Positions 56,260 through 60,715 of a DNA stretch of 60,715 nt are shown piece by piece. Under the pieces are notes generated by a model. It saw only the letters and a program-made list of their open reading frames with translations. It had not been told where the DNA came from and did no database searches. The translations under genes and the position numbers were made by a program. The stretch lies in IMG/VR virus record IMGVR_UViG_3300025598_000045, one strand, 5' to 3'. Each line of letters opens with the position of its first letter. The first letter of the stretch is position 1. The DNA comes from an uncultured virus (IMG/VR IMGVR_UViG_3300025598_000045). Taxonomy: Duplodnaviria; Heunggongvirae; Uroviricota; Caudoviricetes.

Positions 56260-58268
56260 TGGTTACTCGGCGCAATGGGGGAATTAGAGGCGTACAAAAC
56301 CGCACGACAACTGCGGTTGCTAACGGCGCTTGGTCTATGGACGATATTCAACAGTCCAATTTAGCGCATAATTTTCCGGGTGCTGCCGCAGCAACTGTAC
56401 CAAATGCTGTGGGTTTAGGAGTTGTTGCAGCTTTTTCTGCTTACATTAGCGGCAAAACAATGACAGTAACCGCTGTTTCAAGCGGAACTCTTGCGGTCGG
56501 GCAAATAATTACCGGTCTAGGCGTATCTTCTTACACAGTAATTGATTCTCTTGGAACCGGAACCGGCGGAACGGGAACATATAATGTAAGCAATACGCAA
56601 ACCGTGGGCTCATCTGGCTCCCCTGTTTCAATGCAGGCAACATTAAAGTTTACAAGCATAACCTCTTCTACATCCTCCTTAGTAGTTCCTTTGAATCTTC
56701 CTATTTATGATGGTGGAAGCCCTGTTACTGGATACACAGCAACAGTTTATAATGCTGGTGTATCTGTAGGAACTGCAACTGGAACTACATCCCCATTAAC
56801 AATTACAGGTCTGGCAAACGGAAATATTGATTCCGTTACTATTTATGCGACCAATGCAATAGGTAATAGCGCTGTGACATCTGGTCCAGTGTTTCAAATG
56901 CCATTAGTCCCAAGCGCACCAACTATTGGATCAGCTACTTTATCTGGATCATACGGCGCAAGCGTTACATTTACACAATCAACAAGCAGTGGCGGGTCTC
57001 CAATAACGGGCTACACAATTGTGTCAAATCCCGGTGGATTTACTGCAAGCGGCACCACATCTCCAATTTCTATAGCAGGATTAAATGCCGCAACGTCTTA
57101 CACATTTACTGTTTATGCAACCAACGCAGTTGGCAATAGCGCATCTTCTGGCGCGTCCAATTCAATCACCACTGGCGCGGCATCTCTCACTTATCTTATC
57201 GTAGGCGGCGGTGGCGGTGCCGGTGTTGGGGGCGGTGGCGCAGGTGGGTATCAGACAGGCACATTTGCGTATGCTTCAGGCACACCGTATTCAATTGTTG
57301 TAGGAACCGGCGGCGCAGGGTCACAATTTGCTCAATCGGCAAATGGTAATGATTCTTCAGCATTTGGGATTACGGCATCGGGCGGTGGCGGTGGTGGTGG
57401 TTATACCGTAGGCGCTGGGTCAAATGGTCTTAATGGGGGCTCTGGCGGTGGTGCCGGATATTATCCCGGTGGGGCTACTGCTGGTACCGGAACAAGCGGT
57501 CAGGGGAATAACGGCGGCATAGGATATGCTGGCGGGTCATACTGGTCTGGCGGCGGCGGTGGTGCAGCTCAGGTTGGACGTTCACCTAACAATATTCCGA
57601 CAGGTGTCTTTAGCCCCGGTATTGGCGGTGACGGTTATGTCAATACAATTTTGGGTGTTAATGGTACTGCTACATTTGTTGGCACAATTGTTGGACAAAC
57701 ACTTACAGTTACATCTGTAACATCTGGAACAATAGCAGTGGGTATGGTTTTGGACACACCAGTTGTCCAAGTGCCGCCTAATGCTGATCCGGGAACTGCA
57801 TCCAATAAAAACAATTGGATTATGGCGCAGGTAAGCGGAACAGGTGGAACTGGTACTTATCTTTTAGCGTGGCCTCAAAGCATTTCGTCTACAACTATTA
57901 ACGGTAGCACTTGGTTTGCTGGGGGAGGGTCTGGCGGTATTTATGTTGACGGTTATATGGGTTCCAGCCCAACCGTTAACTCAGGTGGTACTGGCGGCGG
58001 CGGTGCTGCTGGTTATTCCTCTAATACCACCCCATATGACCGTTCTGGTCGCCCCGGGGTTCAATATCTTGGAGGCGGGGGCGGCGGTTTATCTGGACAA
58101 AGCAACACGCTTGGAACCAGTGGGGCTGGCGGTACAGGTGTAGTAATTGTTCGGTCAGCCGCTGCCGCTTCTTCTACAACAGGGTCTCCAACTTTGTTAA
58201 GGGCAAACGCCGGTGGAACTGGTGATTATATTTATAAATTCACTGGCAATGGAACAATTACATTTTAA
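56259..58268 (+). CDS. Fibre / receptor-binding protein with two FN3 repeats and a glycine-rich domain
   Basis: GGSPVTGYT...ITGL...YATNAIGNS twice; GGGGG-rich C-terminus. Confidence 0.8.
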   Translation: MVTRRNGGIRGVQNRTTTAVANGAWSMDDIQQSNLAHNFPGAAAATVPNAVGLGVVAAFSAYISGKTMTVTAVSSGTLAVGQIITGLGVSSYTVIDSLGTGTGGTGTYNVSNTQTVGSSGSPVSMQATLKFTSITSSTSSLVVPLNLPIYDGGSPVTGYTATVYNAGVSVGTATGTTSPLTITGLANGNIDSVTIYATNAIGNSAVTSGPVFQMPLVPSAPTIGSATLSGSYGASVTFTQSTSSGGSPITGYTIVSNPGGFTASGTTSPISIAGLNAATSYTFTVYATNAVGNSASSGASNSITTGAASLTYLIVGGGGGAGVGGGGAGGYQTGTFAYASGTPYSIVVGTGGAGSQFAQSANGNDSSAFGITASGGGGGGGYTVGAGSNGLNGGSGGGAGYYPGGATAGTGTSGQGNNGGIGYAGGSYWSGGGGGAAQVGRSPNNIPTGVFSPGIGGDGYVNTILGVNGTATFVGTIVGQTLTVTSVTSGTIAVGMVLDTPVVQVPPNADPGTASNKNNWIMAQVSGTGGTGTYLLAWPQSISSTTINGSTWFAGGGSGGIYVDGYMGSSPTVNSGGTGGGGAAGYSSNTTPYDRSGRPGVQYLGGGGGGLSGQSNTLGTSGAGGTGVVIVRSAAAASSTTGSPTLLRANAGGTGDYIYKFTGNGTITF

Positions 58269-58277
58269 GGTGTAAAA

Positions 58278-58646
58278 ATGGCAAACTTTGCAAAACTTAA
58301 TGATAGCAACGTAGTTATTGACGTTAACGCCGTTGACAACAGTGTCATTAACAATTTGCCATTTCCCGATAGTGAACCTGTTGGCGTGGCATTTTTAACA
58401 AATTGGTCTGGCGGATATACCAATTGGAAACAAACATCCTATAATAGAAATTTTCGCAAAAATTTAGCATCTTTAGGGTATACTTATGATGCTAATTTAG
58501 ACGCTTTTATCCCGCCTAAACCTTTCCCTAGCTGGTTATTAAATACCAATTCATGTCAATGGGAACCTCCTGTCCCCTATCCAACAGACGGGAAATTGTA
58601 TATATGGGATGAGGCCACACAATCTTGGGTAGTGCAGAATGTCTAA
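58278..58646 (+). CDS. Fibre-associated protein
   Basis: WKQTSYN..FRKN.A..GYTYD...[12 protein letters not shown]. Confidence 0.65.
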   Translation: MANFAKLNDSNVVIDVNAVDNSVINNLPFPDSEPVGVAFLTNWSGGYTNWKQTSYNRNFRKNLASLGYTYDANLDAFIPPKPFPSWLLNTNSCQWEPPVPYPTDGKLYIWDEATQSWVVQNV

Positions 58647-59814
58647 TACCCCCATTTCCAATTTACCGTCAGCGGTTGCACTCTCAGGCAATGAACTTGT
58701 CCCTTTGGTTCAGGACAATACGACCAAACGCGCCACGGCTTTACAGATTGCCCAACTAAACATTGGTCCTACCGGCCCTCCCGGGAGTGCAGGCGGGCTT
58801 GGGCCTACTGGACCCACTGGGCCAACGGGGCCAACCGGACCTGTAGGTAATGGCGGTCCAACTGGCCCGACAGGTAATAGCGGTATGGCAGGTGTCACAG
58901 GCCCTACTGGTCCTACGGGCGCAAGTGTCATTGGGCCTACCGGACCAACAGGTATTCAAGGTCCTACCGGTCCCAATAGTGTCGGCGCGACAGGTCCTAC
59001 TGGCCCGTTCGGTCCTACTGGCGCGGCTTCTACAGCTCCCGGGCCAACAGGCCCAACGGGGCCAACTGGTAGCATTGGTGTAGCTGGTCCAACAGGCCCT
59101 ACAGGGTTCACGGGCCAAACAGGTGCGGGCGGCCCTACCGGGCCAACGGGGCCTACGGGCCCGACAGGTCCGACTGGAACTCAAGGCATTCAAGGGATTG
59201 TAGGCCCAACAGGTCCTACCGGCACAGCCGGCGTTGCAGGCCCAACGGGTCCAACAGGCATAGCTGGCTCTCAAGGTCCCAATGGCCCAACGGGACCAAC
59301 AGGAACGGATGGCATTGCTGGTCCAACCGGCCCCACGGGTTCTCAAGGAACGGCTGGAACAATTGGCCCAACAGGCCCAACTGGTATCAGTGGCCCAACT
59401 GGGGCGCAAGGACCGCAAGGTAACCAAGGCCCAACAGGTCCTACTGGGCCAACTGGTGCCACTGGTGCAGCGTCAACGGTTGCCGGTCCAACTGGACCAA
59501 CAGGCCCGACTGGTCCTACCGGTGCTGCATCATCTGTTGCAGGCCCGACTGGTCCGACCGGGCCCACAGGCCCGACTGGCGCGGCTTCTTCTGTTGCAGG
59601 TCCTACCGGTCCAACTGGTCCTACGGGGTCAACTGGTCCTGCTGGGGGTGCAACCGGTGGTGGCACTGACACAATTTTCTGGAATAACGGCCAAACTGTA
59701 ACCACAAATTATAGTATCCCGAGCGGATATAACAGTGGCACATTTGGCCCGGTTACTGTAAACTCTGGCGTGACTGTCACAGTCCCAGCCGGTTCAACGT
59801 GGAGCATTGTATAA
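58639..59814 (+). CDS. Collagen-like (Gly-Pro-Thr) fibre protein
   Basis: About 290 aa of G-X-Y repeats; C-terminal module shared with 18273-18842. Confidence 0.9.
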   Translation: MSNTPISNLPSAVALSGNELVPLVQDNTTKRATALQIAQLNIGPTGPPGSAGGLGPTGPTGPTGPTGPVGNGGPTGPTGNSGMAGVTGPTGPTGASVIGPTGPTGIQGPTGPNSVGATGPTGPFGPTGAASTAPGPTGPTGPTGSIGVAGPTGPTGFTGQTGAGGPTGPTGPTGPTGPTGTQGIQGIVGPTGPTGTAGVAGPTGPTGIAGSQGPNGPTGPTGTDGIAGPTGPTGSQGTAGTIGPTGPTGISGPTGAQGPQGNQGPTGPTGPTGATGAASTVAGPTGPTGPTGPTGAASSVAGPTGPTGPTGPTGAASSVAGPTGPTGPTGSTGPAGGATGGGTDTIFWNNGQTVTTNYSIPSGYNSGTFGPVTVNSGVTVTVPAGSTWSIV

Positions 59815-60677
59815 TGCCTATTAAATTAAATGGGTCCACATCTGGGTATGCCCAAATTCAGGCAGCAGCTACAGCGGCCAACAACACGCTGACTTTACCC
59901 GCCAGCAATGGCTTGCTTGTGTCACAAAATTCCACAACCGCCCCAACAAACGGGCAGATACCGATTGGTAATGGCACTGATTATACCGCGGCTACAATTA
60001 CTGCTGGCACGGGTATTACTGTCACTAACGGTGCTGGGTCCATCAGTATTGCTGCAACTTCTACCGGGCCAGTTGGTTTTAACAACATGGTTGTTTTTAC
60101 CTCTGGCACAAGCACTTGGACCATTCCTGCGGGTATTACAGCTTGTAAAATTACCGTTGTTGGAGGTGGTAACAGTGGTGGGGCAGGCGCTCAAGCAACC
60201 GGTTGCAGCTCACAAGGTGGAGCTGGCGGCGGCGGTGGTGCGGGTGGCGCTGCTATTAAATATTTTACAGGTCTAACTCCTGCAAATACCCTTTCTTATA
60301 CAGTTGGTGCCGCAGGTGGGACATCTAGTGTTTCGTCAGGCACACAAACCATTACAACCATAAGCGCAACTGGCGGTAGTGCAGGTGCTTCTGGCTCTAG
60401 TACAGCACCCGGAGCAGGTGGTGCCGGTGGATTAGGCTCTGGGGGAACTTTAAATACCAAAGGCGGAAACGGATCATCTGGCGGCGCTGGTTTAACTGTC
60501 AGTTCTCCAGTAGCTACGGGCGGAACCGGTGGTAATTCTATGTTTGGTTCTGGCGGCGGTAGCGGCGCAGGCGGAGTTTATGGCGGCGGCGGCGGCGGCG
60601 GAAACGGCGGCGTGAACGGCGGTGGTGGTTCTGCTGGTTCTGCTGGAGCCGCTGGCGTTGTTATTATTGAATACTGA
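59814..60677 (+). CDS. Glycine-rich fibre tip protein
   Basis: ATG overlaps upstream TAA; VGGG...GGGGG...GVVIIEY. Confidence 0.75.
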   Translation: MPIKLNGSTSGYAQIQAAATAANNTLTLPASNGLLVSQNSTTAPTNGQIPIGNGTDYTAATITAGTGITVTNGAGSISIAATSTGPVGFNNMVVFTSGTSTWTIPAGITACKITVVGGGNSGGAGAQATGCSSQGGAGGGGGAGGAAIKYFTGLTPANTLSYTVGAAGGTSSVSSGTQTITTISATGGSAGASGSSTAPGAGGAGGLGSGGTLNTKGGNGSSGGAGLTVSSPVATGGTGGNSMFGSGGGSGAGGVYGGGGGGGNGGVNGGGGSAGSAGAAGVVIIEY

Positions 60678-60715
60678 GGTGGAATATGAAAAAAGCTCTT
60701 ATATCTCCTAATGAA

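Noticed and set aside
55479..59705. Antisense (GPV)n ORFs and other long shadow ORFs
   Set aside because: By-products of GGN-CCN-ACN collagen codons and of strong coding on the opposite strand
60589..60715. 127-bp terminal repeat as a biological DTR
   Set aside because: Length equals a common assembly k-mer and it cuts through genes; it only shows circularity
1..60715. Integrase/lysogeny module, DNA polymerase, or alternative genetic code
   Set aside because: No recombinase, CI-type peptidase repressor or polymerase motifs seen; core genes are intact under the standard code

Overview
The window is a complete circular dsDNA tailed-phage genome of about 60,588 bp. Bases 1-127 are identical to 60589-60715, most likely a k=127 assembly overlap. 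Architecture is podovirus-like: portal, scaffold and major capsid genes, adaptor and nozzle proteins, large ejection proteins, collagen-like and glycine-rich fibres, and no tape-measure tail. A GcrA homologue and GANTC-related signals point to an alphaproteobacterial host. Modules are: fibres, glycosylation and lysis (1-6 kb, 54-60.7 kb); tail and ejection proteins (6-18.8 kb); recombination and replication (19-28.7 kb); a compositionally odd early block with a MoxR-type AAA ATPase, its partner and TerS (30.5-34 kb); a non-coding, RNA-structure-rich block (34-35.4 kb); small accessory genes; then TerL, portal and head genes (40-54 kb). I recognised no integrase, tRNA, cas or reverse transcriptase gene. 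The best candidate for an undescribed system is a promoter-driven tandem array of five diverged copies of a two-hairpin, probably pseudoknotted RNA motif (34742-35162) with compensatory base changes, followed by more structured RNAs. Other notable items are an ArfA-like ORF interrupted by a terminator, a parS-like site, a GANTC-enriched and k-mer-skewed putative first-injected region, a shared 15-bp operator, a recurring xxGG peptide motif in virion proteins, and a collagen/glycosyltransferase set. All calls were made by eye from motifs; no searches or folding programs were run.
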